Origin: Podarcis melisellensis
Lineage: Eukaryota
DNA: 64,000 nucleotides
Assembly (NCBI GenBank): GCA_964234715.1
Contig: OZ174278.1
Direction: 5' to 3' (one strand)
Shown here: positions 1 through 12,799 of the stretch, piece by piece
Layout of the letters: the number at the start of each line of letters is the position of its first letter
Numbering within the stretch: position 1 is the stretch's first letter
Translations under genes and position numbers: made by a program
The notes under the pieces: model-generated
Told to the model about the DNA's origin: nothing
Databases searched by the model: none
The model's input: the letters and a program-made list of their open reading frames with translations, nothing else

Positions 1-900
1 TGATTTAAATGGGAGCTAGATTTTAATTTGTGCTGGAAAATGTAGCTGATTTAATAAAGTCAATCATTAAAAATGGCAGCCCCATTTGCTAATTGATGCT
101 GTGATGCCTCTTTGCACCACAGAAAAAGCAACTGATTTTCTCTAGAAAGCACAGCATGGGAGACCTCTGAGATGCACTCCTATAACCCTTTACAGGATGG
201 AAAATGGAACAGTACCAAACTGAAGGTGAATATTCTAGATCACTTAATGAAGAATAATTATCCTTGGTACCATCAACCATCCTTTCAACCCTGCTAATAT
301 ATGTTTACTGTAAAGTGAGGTTTTTAATCTATTTTAGTGACTGTGTCTAGAACTAGGACATGGTGGGTTAATTAATGCAGAGTATAAAAGTGTGGTCTTG
401 TGTGTGGTGTGTGAGCCATTTACGGTACTCCTGCATCACAAGGATGCGATAACACAATCCATCATTCATAATAGTAAGAAGAGTGCAATACATAAGCCAT
501 ACACCTTTGTGCTAGTCACCTTTGTTCCTGTCAGAACAAATGGGGAAGGGGATGTAACTCAGGGGCAGAGGATTTATAGAACTAGCAGCTGCATGTGCTG
601 TTAAAGATGGGGGGAAAGAAGCCAGTCATTTCCATTCCAAGCAGCCTTTGTCACAATCTGCACTGCTTCTGTTCCGCAGCAGTTTGATTTCCGCCCCCCC
701 CCCCAATACTGTGCTATTCGTCTCATTGTCCACTATTTAATGTAATTTATGTAAGTTACAAATTCAATTATGTAATTATTTCCACATCGTTAATTTCAGT
801 GCAAAGCCCAGTCATTTCAATGCAAATGAAACACAATTTAAATTGGCGGGGGGGGGGCCCTGTTCATCAATTACTGTTTGCAGACTAAAAACAGCAGCAG
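1..900. promoter_or_regulatory. Putative conserved non-coding / enhancer-like blocks (about 1-120 and 715-900)
   Basis: No recognisable repeat, dense TAAT/ATTA homeobox cores and an octamer ATGCAAAT at 820-827. Based on composition only; conservation not tested. Confidence 0.3.
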
Positions 901-1161
901 AAGCAGCAAATATTGATTAGTATTTGCTAGATTTATTTCCTTTTGCAGACATGGGACAAATAAGCAAACACTGGCAATTCCAACTTCTGTTTCCATCTGA
1001 ATTCTTGGACAATCCTAAGGGGGGGGCGGGTTAGATGGGTGCATGAACATAACCCGTTGATAAAATTTGCAGATATGTGATACGCTCCACAGCTTCCATG
1101 GATATTCCAAACATGGGCCAGAAAAGAGGGAAACTCCACAGAATCAATGAACAATATACTA

Positions 1162-1270
1162 AGGGGGCATGCTCTGCACACAGGTTTCAGGTTCAATCCC
1201 CAGATCTCCAAGCAAGTCTGGGAACATCCCATGTCTGAATCCCTGAGGGCTTCTGCCAACTGGTGCAAAC
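1162..1270 (+). mobile_element. Squam3-like tRNA-derived SINE, 5' part (3' part at 2720-2780)
   Basis: caggttcaatcccc (B box)...atctccaag...ctgggaa...tgtctgaatccctgagg...ctgcca. The sequence resumes at 2720 with gtatagacaatactgagttagatggacc. Confidence 0.7.
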
Positions 1271-1387
1271 TAGTGATTCTCAAAGGGAGTGATGTGCCAC
1301 ACTGGTGTGGCAGGAGAGGATGGCAAGGGGGATGGGAAGATTCAAGGACAATCAAAGACACATTTAAACATGATGGTATGTTGTATG

Positions 1388-1420
1388 GTGTGGTGTGGTA
1401 GGGTAGGGTAGGGTAGGGTA
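1388..1420. repeat. (GGTRG/GGTAG)n pentanucleotide microsatellite
   Basis: ggtgtggtgtggtagggtagggtagggtagggta. Confidence 0.85.
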
Positions 1421-1573
1421 TGGTTTGGTATCAAACTATTTTTTTTTGGGGGGGGGTATACCACCAGGAACAGTATCCATGCCTCTCTTTAAGAGCATTG
1501 GCTATTATTCTTTAATTCTCCATGACACATTTTTTGTGAACTGGGATTTCCAACTCTAACAAATATGAAAGAT

Positions 1574-2322
1574 GTTACATTATGTTACATTAAAAGAAAA
1601 TGCAATGAAGATGGTTTACAGGTGGTATATGACACCAGTAAAACTAGCAAAAATGTACAAAATTTGTAACAAGTGTTGGAGATGTGGGGAGAAAGAAGGT
1701 ACATTTATGCATATGTGGTGGGATTGTAGGAAAGTAAGGGGGTTCTGGGAGATGATATACAATGAACTAAAGAAAATGCTAAAGTATAGCTTTGCTAAGA
1801 AACCAGAGACCTTCCTGTTGGGAATAACAAGAATGGATATAAGTAGGAGAGACTGTAAACTGTTCCAGTATGCAATCACCGCAGCAAGGACACTGTTGGC
1901 CCAAAAATGGAAATTAGAAGAGGTTCCGACCTTGGAAGAATGGAGGACAAAACTAACAGATTATGCAGAACTGGACAAATTGACCGGAAAAATTAGATAC
2001 CAAAAAGACCAAAGATTTTTTGAGGACTGGGGGAAATTTACGGAGTATTTGAAAAATATATGTGAGGATTGTACAACGCTAGTGTGTTTTAAAGAAGCTT
2101 TGTGAAAATATAAGGAAATATTACCAAAAGGCAAATAAGAATAGAAATATAAAATTTAATGGAAATATTGAAATAAAGGAATGTGAAGATAGGATTTGAA
2201 CTACGAATGATTATCAGAGAAGTTGAGGGAGGTCCAAATAAGATAAATTATGTGATATGTAAATGGATATGTTTGGTGTTCTTAATGGAAAATTTCAATA
2301 AAAATTTATTTTTTTAAAAAAA
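1574..2322 (+). mobile_element. 5'-truncated LINE-1 (L1): ORF2 C-terminus (ORF 1572-2105), 3' UTR and polyA
   Basis: Uninterrupted 177-aa frame with RWYMTP and CCHC knuckle CWRCGEKEGTFMHMWWDC typical of vertebrate L1 ORF2. AATAAA at 2297-2302 followed by an A tail. Candidate TSD gaaagat at 1567-1573 / 2323-2329. Confidence 0.92.
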
Positions 2323-2719
2323 GAAAGATCAGAAAAAGGAAGGCTTCTTTGTGTTGATGAGGAGAAAAAAGTTTCTATCAAATTAGAACTAAAATAAATG
2401 AGACTACTAGGCAAAGGCAAGCTCACACCTGTCATTGAGTTGGTATACTTAAGGTACATATGTAACAGGCTTGTTTATCATTATATTTTGGGAATGATTC
2501 ACATTCTTACATAGCTGCACTGCCTTATGCTTTCTGGATGTCCCATGATCACATTATAAACTGCTTGTGTTCGATGTTATGAATCAAGCACTGCTAGGAG
2601 TTGTTTCTTTTTGTTTTCTAGTGTATTTCTTATCAATTTAAAAATTGGTGTGGCGCGAGAGAGAAAAGTGTGAAAAACCTGAAAGTATGGCCCAGAGGAA
2701 AAAAGTTTGAGAACCACTG

Positions 2720-2780
2720 GTATAGACAATACTGAGTTAGATGGACCACTGGACTGACATAGTATTAGGCTGCTTCCTGC
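2720..2780 (+). mobile_element. Squam3-like SINE, 3' part
   Basis: gtatagacaatactgagttagatggaccactggactgacatagtattaggctgcttcct matches the 3' ends of the other copies in the window. Confidence 0.75.
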
Positions 2781-3497
2781 ACTCCTAACTAAAGTGTGAA
2801 GAGTAAGAGAAACACATTCCTGGTCCTCAAAACCAGCCCACTTTGTTTTGTCTCTGCACTTCAAATGTCGACATCCTCTCCACCGGGACTCTGTAATGGG
2901 CCTCAGGTGGGACTGCTCTCTGCTCCCATTATGACTGTCTGGAAAAACCCAAGCTATCTTAGCGATGACGCAAATGCATGCTCCAGAAATAACAAGGCAC
3001 CGATATGTTTAAACAAACAACTCTCTCTTCTGAATTATGCATTGTTTTATCACACCCACGTGATAGCACATATAAAAATGAATAAAATGGATTGCATACA
3101 ATGGTGGCTTTGCCATTGTTCCAAGTGGTCCCGCTTGCACAAGGCAGGATACTCCATTTTCTCCAATCCCCCGCCCCACCCATATCTGCACTTCATGCCA
3201 TTTCTCACTCTATTCCAGAGGGTCATCAAACTTTAGAAGCAGCTTTATGGAAGGGACAGAGGACTTAAATGGAATTGTGGAGGGAAGCTCAGCAAAAATT
3301 GGGTACCCTGGCTTCCATGAGTAAATGCACTTTCTGATAAGGCATACAATTCTACAGTGATAAAGATAAAAGAACTATAAATACAAGCTATTTCATAGAT
3401 GCTCCCCCTCTCATTTTCTTATAAACCATACTATTTTAATGCTGTTTCATGTACTTTAGGCATCATGGCACTATGGTGTATTTTGCATTTTAGCTTT

Positions 3498-3530
3498 TAA
3501 ACAAACAAACAAACAAACAAACAAACAAAC
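3498..3530. repeat. (AAAC)n microsatellite
   Basis: About 8 tandem aaac units. Confidence 0.95.
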
Positions 3531-3785
3531 CACTGGCATATAATTAGTATTCATTCTCATAGGTTAACTAATCACCATTTTTGAGTACCCCCCCCCCAAC
3601 TTCCCATAAAGTAGCATGGCATTCCTTTGCCATCATGGTTTATACATCTAAACTCCATTGTTATCCTAAAGGAAAACCTAGATACCATGGGCCACATTTG
3701 CCCCACTGCCACCGCCAAAGGAGTTTTGTGGCCTCAGAGACACCCTCAACTTGTAACTTAAAACACACACACACACACACACCCA

Positions 3786-3890
3786 CCAGTTTTTTCATCT
3801 ATAAGACGCCCCCATGTATAAGACACCCTTGCTTTTTGACATTATTTTAAAAGGGAAAAAGCCTAGTCTTATACACTGAAAAATACGGTA
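3786..3890. mobile_element. Short Tc1/mariner (Tc2-like) MITE
   Basis: Repeated tataagac motifs, inverted gtcttatac, and right terminus gaaaaatacgg followed by TA. The left terminus is degenerate. Confidence 0.6.
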
Positions 3891-4149
3891 AATGTTTATT
3901 GATAGTTGCAATGACTTCCCCACTGTGGTATCCATGACACGAAATGTTTGTAGCCTCCAAGATCTACATTTAAAACGTTTTAACTGGCCACTTCTGCAGG
4001 GACCTTGCTGTGATTCTGTGAAGCCAAAGTATTTTGATTTTACTGAATTGAATAGTGACTAATAAATGATAAAGATGTTTTAAAACAGCACAGGGCATGC
4101 ATTAAGAGCAGCCCTTCCTGTGGTTCCATCGATGAGGCAAGCTCAGTGC

Positions 4150-4420
4150 ACAGTGACTTAAGAGTCAGCACAGGGCCTTCTCTGTGGTGGCACTTGGACT
4201 GTGAAACTCCTTTTCCCTGGAGGTACAGATGCTGCCATCATTTACTTTTTAGTTGCTGGCTGAAAACTTACCTATTCAGCCAGTTATTATCTTTTTCTGG
4301 GTGCTGATTTAGTGAGTGAAAATTGTTAGCATGCTGTTTTATTGTACTGCAGTTAAATTTTATTTGTTTTATTTATTTTACTGTTTTTAATTGAGCTTTT
4401 TGCTTTACTCGTAACCCACT
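4150..4420 (+). mobile_element. L2 LINE 3' end remnant
   Basis: gggccttctctgtggtggcac...gtgaaactcc (RAFSVVAP.LWNSLP motif) followed by a T-rich 3' UTR. Confidence 0.6.
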
Positions 4421-4635
4421 CTGGTATCATCGGCTAATGAAGTCGTATTCTGATACAACTCTGAATAAAATTCAAAGGAACTTTCATTAATGATGGGCAA
4501 GACATCTTTCAAGGAAGCTTGTCCACCATTACTGATATGCCCACTGAAAATCCTCAAATAGTGTGCAGTTTCCAGAAAAGGAGAATTGCAGTGCCCAGTT
4601 TTGTTAAAAACTAGTGGCCTTGATGCCCTTTCACC

Positions 4636-4765
4636 AGGTATGAGGAACCTGTGGCGGTCTAGATGTTGCTGGACTGCAACTCTCACAATTCCTGACCTTT
4701 GTCTCTGCTGTCTGGGACTGGTGGGATTTGGAGTTAAACAACATCTGGGGTCACAAATTTCATTT
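4636..4765. mobile_element. Palindromic ~130-bp hAT-like MITE of the common squamate family (other copies about 8700-8818, 11748-11953, 32497-32590, 61410-61540)
   Basis: agatgttgctggactgcaactctc ... gggatttggagttaaacaacatct inverted arms. The motif recurs throughout the window. Confidence 0.7.
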
Positions 4766-4814
4766 CTAATATCTCTAACTGTGATTCAGTATATTCCTAT
4801 ACTATAGTTTAAAT

Positions 4815-5303
4815 CATGGATGTCCAACCAGTAGATCCCTGGCTGCTCCTGGTAGATCACGGGATCCTTATCATGTACAAAAAGTTATGGGGAGGAAGCT
4901 TAAAAACTCTGTGTGCAATCCTTCCAAACAAGGTCTACAACTCTGGGCACTTCCCTCCTAAAAAAAAGCTAAAAAAAAGCTCAACAACTCTCTGGGCAAT
5001 CCTCCCACCCCACACATGCTCCTCTTCCCTCCAATGACAATGGGTAGATCACTGCCAGTTTTTTTTATACAGCAGTACCTCTGCCTGCGAACAGGATCTG
5101 TTCCGGAGGCCCATTTGCAACATGAGCAGAATGGTACCTGCGTCTGCGGGTCGCGATTCGCTGCTTCTGCGCATGCATAAGCGGCGAAACCTGGAAGTAA
5201 TCCTTTCTGCTACTTCTGGAAACGCGCAACCTGAAGCAAACGTAACATGAGGTATGACTGTACTGGCAATAGATCGCAGTCTCTTGGGAGTTGGACATGC
5301 CTA
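4815..5303. mobile_element. hAT MITE with perfect 8-bp TSD, containing a nested Tigger-like MITE
   Basis: Termini catggatgtccaac / gttggacatgccta. TSD gtttaaat at 4807-4814 and 5304-5311. Repeated tagatc subterminal motifs. Confidence 0.85.
5070..5260. mobile_element. Tc1/mariner (Tigger/pogo-like) MITE
   Basis: TA|cagcagtacctc ... gaggtatgactg|TA. Confidence 0.8.
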
Positions 5304-5351
5304 GTTTAAATCTACCACAATATAAATACAGGAAACAGTCACTTTGACATA

Positions 5352-5591
5352 TAGTGGTACCTCGTGTTATGGACTTAATCCATTTTCCAGAGGTCCGTTC
5401 GTAATAGGAAACCGCTTGTAACATGAGGCACACTTTAATGGTGACTCCTGCTGCTGCCGTGCCGCCAGAGCGCAACTTCCGCTTGCATCCCAGGGCAAAG
5501 GTCGCAACAAGGGGCATCTACTTCCGAGTTAGCGGAGTGCATAACCCACAGCATTCATAAGGGGGACAGTAAGTAACACGAGGTACCACTG
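5352..5591. mobile_element. Tc1/mariner (Tigger/pogo-like) MITE
   Basis: TA|tagtggtacctcgtgtta ... taacacgaggtaccactg|TA, near-perfect 18-bp TIRs. Confidence 0.9.
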
Positions 5592-8389
5592 TATTAAACG
5601 AACAAATTTATCCTGTGTGAATTAATTCAGCACTATCACTGCTTAAGTCCTGGCTGAAACTTACATCATATTCCTGCTTCACATCCATAGCCCCTGAGGT
5701 TTGCTCTCTTTTCAGCATTCCTGGTGCATCTATTCTATATTTCTCTGTCCCTTCCATCTTCCAGATTATGCAGTTCCTCCAGCTTATTTTCCTTCTGCTG
5801 TTGTTGCTTTATTCATCCTTGGTTCTTCTCTATTCTTAACACATCACCTGCCTGTGACCTCAGGCTTGCCTATTTGACCAGAATTCGTGTGTTGTTTTCA
5901 CAATAACAGTATGCCATGCTTGCCCACTCTCTTCCCTCCATCCAAAAATCCAGACATGGCCTGACATTTTTTCCAAGTCTCTTTACACACACCAGTGTGA
6001 AGCCATTTTTATCATCCTCAAATTCTTAGTTTTAAGACATATTTCTCCTTAATAAGCTCCATAAATGAATAATGCTTGAACTTTCTATTTATACCTGTTA
6101 CACATCTAAAAGTTATCCCAAAGGACCAGACCATTTTGTTCATATGTTTTCCTCGTGACACACGACAAGCCAGTAAAATGTCAACTAAACGCTTCAGAAA
6201 GTTTTAAAAGAAGGCTGCATGAACAGAAGCTTAGGATGGGAACATGTGACCTCATCATACATCTTTAATACACAAAAATGCTTTCAAATATAAGAAACAG
6301 GCACAAATGTTTCAACTCATATTTGATTCTATATATTAAAATATGGTGGTTTATTTAAAATCATTTCTTCCTTACTTTTTTGTTAATGTTCGGTCTTTAG
6401 TCAAACATTATTTGCATTGAAAGTTATCAAACCTATATTTTCAGACAAATAAGACTGGAAGCATCTCTGAGAGCTATTCCAGCAAGGCTTGGCTTGTGCT
6501 TCATGTTCTGCTTCTCCTATGTGTCTAATGAGTAACTTTTGCAGCTTTTCTGGTGAAGAGATGTGCAATTTCCTAAGGCTGGGGCAGATGGCATATATTG
6601 CCTTGTGAAGAATGGAAATGTTCCCCTTTAGACATGGCAAAGCAATGCAGGCACCAGGAAACACAAGTTAGTATGTTTCTCCTTCTTCTGTAGCCTGATG
6701 AAAGACTAGTGCTAGGAGGATGCATCGAGGGAGGAGCCTGATAGGGCTGCTTTAATGGAATGGGTGAAGCTTCTGTTAAGACTGTCACTGGTGAACATTA
6801 AAAGGTATCTGATAAAAACAGGCAGAAGATCTGAGTATTCCTATTCCTTTTCTGGTTTGGGAATATCTACAGCAGGGATCTCCTATCTTTTTGGAGTGCA
6901 TTTGCAATCTAGAGACAAACACACACTAAAGCTGCTCTGGGAGGATACACTGGTTTGGGTTTGTAATCTTTCTCCTGTCTTCTTAGATATTCAATCCCAA
7001 ATCAACTAGGTCTGTTAATCTAGTATGCATGCTATATCAAAACTTGGGATTTCTACTACTATATTATTAACATGGCAAAGTTTGCCAAAAAGCAAAAGTG
7101 GGTTGTACACACAAATCTTTATTTCAAATCACCTACAAGACAGAATGTGTGGCTGTCATACAACTTTATCAGTGTATCTTCTGTGTCTTGTGTTATTTCC
7201 ATAGCCATCAATAGGAATTGGATGTGTTGAGGACCTGGGCTTGGTTAGGTCCTACATTTGGGACAAACTTAAACTTTATGGAAGGGAAGGCACCCTCCCT
7301 TCTAGCTATCCTACAAGTGGGAAACAAAAGTCCTCACTGTTGTCAAATATGGGTGACAAGATCTTACATGTGGCTGGCAGATTCTGGGACTGTGTCATGG
7401 CTCAAACAAAGGTCTGCTTGAAAGTGTCAAGCACTCCGATGGCTAATCTATAATGTGGATTTACAACCAGTCCTGCTCTGCCCTGTCTTGAAGGCTTAGA
7501 GTACAAAGTGAGCTAAACAAAGGAATACATTCTAAATGAAAAAAGGAAATTGCAGTAGAACCTCTATTTCCTTAACATTTCAACTTTGGAAGGAGAGGGA
7601 GTGGGAATGGGTTTTTCAGCAAGTTTTTCTCAGTGATATTCCTCGGTGACTCCTTATGCCAATTGCCAAGTAATTAAGGAGGAGAGAACTACAGTAAGCC
7701 TTTATAACCCAAAGTAGATGCAGAAAAACAAAGGGAGCTCATTCTGCCTTTACCCATAGCTCGAAATTAAACAAACTGCAATCAGCACATGAACAATATA
7801 TCTTTAAAAAAACAAAAAAAACTGTCTCCATTCAAACATTGGGGGGGGGGGTAAAAAAGGAGATATTCCAGCTGAAGGAGATCTATGTGGTAGAATTTGT
7901 CAGGCTCTGATTCTCTGCTCCCACAGGAAAGAAGAGAAACATGGTTTCATGACCTGGCCAAGGCAGTGCCAAGGCCAAAAGAATTGGCCGTGAATTGGAG
8001 CAAAATGAATGGGTAGTGAATTGGTTGGGGTGTGGGGTTGCTTCAGAAGAGTGGCATGAAAACAAGGCAACACCTGTGCTTGCCGGGAAGGGGCCTGACT
8101 TCTTCCTGTAACTGTGTGAAATGCCAAAAGGAGCAAACAATCGAAGCTAGCTAGTGCAACAAGAAAACTGAACCAGCCAAATGACCTGCAAGCTGTGTGC
8201 TGGGCCTTAGTACCTTCTGCAAGCATTCTAGAAATAGTGATGCTTAAATCCTTACCAAAGCAAGGGAATCCTGGGAGAGAGGAATGGAGATAAACCAGAC
8301 AGTGAGGATTTGGGGGAGGTGGGGGACGCTAAGTTATCAGCAGCCTTTTCATTAACAACCCTGGGAAAGATCTTGGGAACCTGAAGACT

Positions 8390-8490
8390 GACCACCATAA
8401 GATATGGTGATGGCCAGGAGCTTAGATGACTTTTTAGAAAGGATCAGACAAATTTCAGCAGCCACCTACAAATGGCTATTAGCCATGATA
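8390..8490 (+). mobile_element. CR1 LINE 3' fragment
   Basis: gatatggtgatggcc...ttagatgactttt...gacaaattt...atggctattagccatgat. Confidence 0.6.
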
Positions 8491-11400
8491 AGTAGAAGCT
8501 ACAACAAACTCTTGCAGTGTGGAATGCGCCTCTTTAGGCCATCCAACCATAGGTTCCTCCAGGATAGTTCCTCTCCCTAGTTTTCCATACTCCCTTCCAC
8601 CAACAGCCAGGCAGCATTCTGAGCATGCTCTTTATGCCATTTTGGTTCCCCCCAGCCTTTAAGAGCCACCCTTTGTAACGTTTTCCTGAAGCCTGCTGAC
8701 AACTCCATCATGGGTATAGGCTGGTTTCCATAATCCCTGACCATAGGTCATGCTGGCTCAGATGATGAGTTTCCGAGTCCAACAACATCAGGAATGCATC
8801 AGGTTGGCTACTCCTGCACCAGATGGATGTTGGATTAATCAGTCAAGACAGTTCATATGTCCACAGCTGAAGTAGGAGGGAACGGGTCCCATCCCCTGTA
8901 TGGGAAATTCTCATTTCCCATTCAAAGTGTTTTTCAGAAACAAAAATCCACCTACAGGTTTTCTTACAGCAGGACATTTAGCGTTGTCCAGCTTTGAACC
9001 CTGAAGGGTAAACAGCTTTCTTTCTCAAGTCTTCCAAAGAGTAAATTCCTTCACTGGAAACTTTGGATACATGTTAAACTTTAATGTTAAATTTGGGATT
9101 AAAAATTCATTTCAAATTCTTACATTTGGAAGGTTTGTAAATGAGTTGCATTATTAAAAATGCAGAATAGCAATGCACTGTAAGCACAAATGCATCTGCC
9201 AAGCCCGTCCTGCTATGTGGTCAACAGAATGTGCCACCCTCTCAGCCAATGTGTGTAATTTGCAGAATAAATGGAAAGAAGCAGCAGGGAAAGCTTCTAA
9301 ATGAGAAATCTATCTCCTTGTACATGTCAGAAACCAATGCAAATCTTATTACATTCCTTAGTCAGCACCAACCATGAGAAAGTGGGAGTGTGGAGAATAT
9401 AGAATTGCAAGATCCACTGCTTTTTTATATGACTAAAGAGCTTACATGGTGAGACATGTCTTCATGCTCCACTCCCATGAAATGTCTACAAGGAGGTTCT
9501 GATCTGAAACTATTAAATCTATGTATGAACACATGCCAGTATGATCACTGTTTTTGTCCGTTATGCCCTCCTGGATATTAACTTCATACCCTGGGATCAG
9601 CGATGGTCATGCATGCAGTCTGCATAGCCTTTTCCATTTCAAAGCTGGGAATGAGGTGCATTCCTTACTTAGGATTTTCTCCTTTACTTCTAAAATAGCA
9701 TCACAAAACTAAACCAACAACTCAGAAGAATGCCACACAGTCATTTCTTGCCAAAGCCCTGCCTTCTATGTGTTTCCCAATTAATTTAAATAGAATCATA
9801 TAACTGGCAAATGGGGACAAAATGGATATGTGGAATATTTCGCTCTGTTGAAAAGGGTGGAGAAACTCTAGCAATATGGGTAGCTACATGGACATATCAG
9901 AGCTCCTGAACCCCTAAGAAATCTGGATTGGAGAGAGATATTACACATAAAGTAGCTTCACACGCAACACTAAGCCAAACCATAATGAACAAGTGAGGCT
10001 GAGGGTTTCCCAAAAGGAGATCACAGCTGCTGCGTTCCTCCTCCAAGTTTCCTGCTGCAAGCTAAGGCAGTGTTTTGGCATAGTATGTTGCCTGAAACCA
10101 GCCTCATGGTTTATCTCTCCCAGACCAGCCACAAGCTGCAAACCTAAGCAGCAAGACAAACACAGAGCCCAGGTTCAGGTGATATGCTATCTCAAACCAC
10201 AGCTTAGTGTGCAGCAGTGCAACAGCAGCAAAATGAGCAACTGTGATATCTTCTCCATGACCCAGCACATTAATGCATTAAGCCACACCCACCGAAAGTG
10301 GTTTGAATTTCCTTTCTCCCTGGCCTGTTTCAGGTCAGCGTCACCTTCTGCTCCCTCTTATCACCAAAAAATATAGTGGCATTAATCACAACCCTGGTTA
10401 TGACTTTCAAGTGTTTGCTGAAGATTCTTCTTTGCTGTCAGGCGTATGGAGGCAATTACCACACACGCTCCCCCACAAATTGTTGTGAATCATTCTGATT
10501 TCCTTTTAAATGAAATTGTGGTATACAAATATTTTTATAAATAAATATAATGAGCATGTGTTGAAGGGCACTTGCTTTGGAACCCAGGCTGCATGTGGTG
10601 GTGTGCCAGTTTATTATATGCCCAGGCTGATTGCTAGTCTTGAAAAGCACATAAAGGATAAACAAACAAAAAATAGCAGAGCAGTTAAACAGCCTCGCTT
10701 AGAGTCCATCAGCTCCTCTTCTAACCTCCAAATGCAAACAAGGAATATTTGTATATTTAAAAGCGGTACTGACGTTGAACTACCACTGGAAACAAGGGCC
10801 AGAGCATTGACTTGTGCTTTTAATTGTCTATTTCATGAACATGAGAATCTCATAAAAAACCTTTTTCTAAACTGTACAGAGCTCCAAATGGTCCCCTGGC
10901 TCATCCTTTGACAAGATTAGAGAGCAAGGAAATTCCACAAATGAGCAACAGCCCACATTGGTGACCTATGTATCACTGTTGTCAACCAGACAGTATTACA
11001 GGACCAAACAGTGACTGAACAATGCCTCTTCCTGACCCAGTCCATCTGCATGGCAGAGAGGGCGGCCAGCATGCCTACACACCCCACTCATTTCGTGTCT
11101 CTGCCCCTCTACCAATATCTCTGGAAGGATACTTACACCAAGCCTTAACGTGTCAACACTAAGGTGTCCAACATGTGTGGGCTCTGATAGAATGGCCAAT
11201 GACTACATTTTGTCCATGAGAACAGCATATACAGTACAAGCAAGCTGTATTTGAATATTACAGATACATTTGGATGTCCAGGTAGACTGGAGGCAGGGCA
11301 GAAGCACCAAGTACCTCTCTCCATCCAGGCAGTCAAGAGGAATTATCAGAGTTCAAGGACACAATCCAGCCAGGCAATGGGAGCTGGGGGACTTATGGAG

Positions 11401-11747
11401 CAGAGTCAGTGAGGAGTGTGGCCTAAGAAAGAGGCATGGCCTTTGGAGAATCCAAAACAGAAGAGAGGGGGCTGTATTTCGTACCCTGGTCTGAGGTTCC
11501 CCACTCCTGCTCTCAATTCTGTGAGGCTCTGCCCGTGGCCCAATACTTTCTTCTTTGAGGCACCATATTTTGTTTTGGCTCTCCTGACTTGCTACAGCTC
11601 TTCTTCCCCTCACTCCATCCCTTAATATTGCCAATTGAGCCATTTTGTTTGGAAATCAAAATAGCAGGCCTGCTGGCTGACCTGTGAACACATTTTTCAG
11701 TTCCTTTTCTTATCCTACAATACCGTGAAAGGTTACATGCTGTACAT

Positions 11748-11953
11748 CAGCCTTCACCAGCTGGGTGCCCTGCAGATGCTTTGGTCCACAACTCCCAACT
11801 GTCATAGGTGTTTTATTGGATTCATCACATAATGGCAGAGAGATTCATGAGTGAGTAGATTCGTCATATATGGACAGAGAGGAGTTCATGTGGGCTGGAC
11901 TGATGGGAACTGTAGTCTAAAACATCTGCAAGGCACCTGGTTGCCAAAGGATG
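11748..11953. mobile_element. Palindromic hAT-like MITE with an unrelated ~90-bp centre
   Basis: cagccttcaccagctgggtgccctgcagatgctttgg ... aaaacatctgcaaggcacctggttgccaaaggatg inverted arms. Confidence 0.65.
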
Positions 11954-12799
11954 GACAACATAAAATTGACCAAGAAGCAGAAACTGTGCTACAGAGATTG
12001 TGAAGTTTGATGCAATTGTTAGCAAGAAGCCTACATTCCAGTGTAAACAGTGTGTTGGGCAACAAGTGCACCTGCAAAAGAATAAATTAAATATATATTT
12101 CTAGACCATTCAGAAACTAAATTATAGCTTTCTGCTGGCAAGTAATCCCGGTGTCAGGTGGGAAATCTAGCAGGAAGGAGGAAGTTTGTTCTGGCAACTC
12201 TAACAGTCAATGACAAACTATCTCCTTTAAGACAAAATGGAACACATGTTAAAGATAAAAATAAAATATAAAGGGAGGCATCTTCCCCTGATTTATGCAC
12301 AACAGTGCATACTATATTCCAAAAGTTTAGAATAAAACCTGCATTTAATCTCTTACTTATAAGCAAAGGATTAAAAATAATCCTTAAAAAAATTCTAAAA
12401 CTTTTTTAAGGTATTCATTTAAGGTGATTTAATCTAAAAATTATGAAACACTTTTATAAAACTTTGAGCCTTATTTAAAAGAGGAGGGAAAGGCAGCAAT
12501 TCCTAAAGGCTCAAAATTATAGAAGCATTTTTTTAAAAATATAAACAACTTGCACTGAGCTGGATACTAATGAAAGATTGCCTCAAAATGCATATAGCAT
12601 CTTCAGGGGAGGGATTTTCCTTAAGACCTAAATTTTCTATCCATGCCTGTTGCTCTCACAATAATTATCAGATCCCCCACCTGATGCCCCCTGCATTTTA
12701 ATCAGAGATGCTTTTAACACAATGCCAAGTGTGATGCTACCTATCATAAATGAAATGCTAAATCACAGAAACAGACTTTTTTTGAAGAATCATGAGTGG

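Larger units (their letters stand above)
1271..2719. mobile_element. Non-autonomous hAT (Charlie-like) DNA transposon inserted in the SINE, itself containing an L1 insertion
   Basis: Termini tagtgattctcaaa / tttgagaaccactg are inverted repeats. Degenerate 8-bp TSD gtgcaaac (1263-1270) / gtatagac (2720-2727). Subterminal tggtgtggc motif near both ends. Confidence 0.7.
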
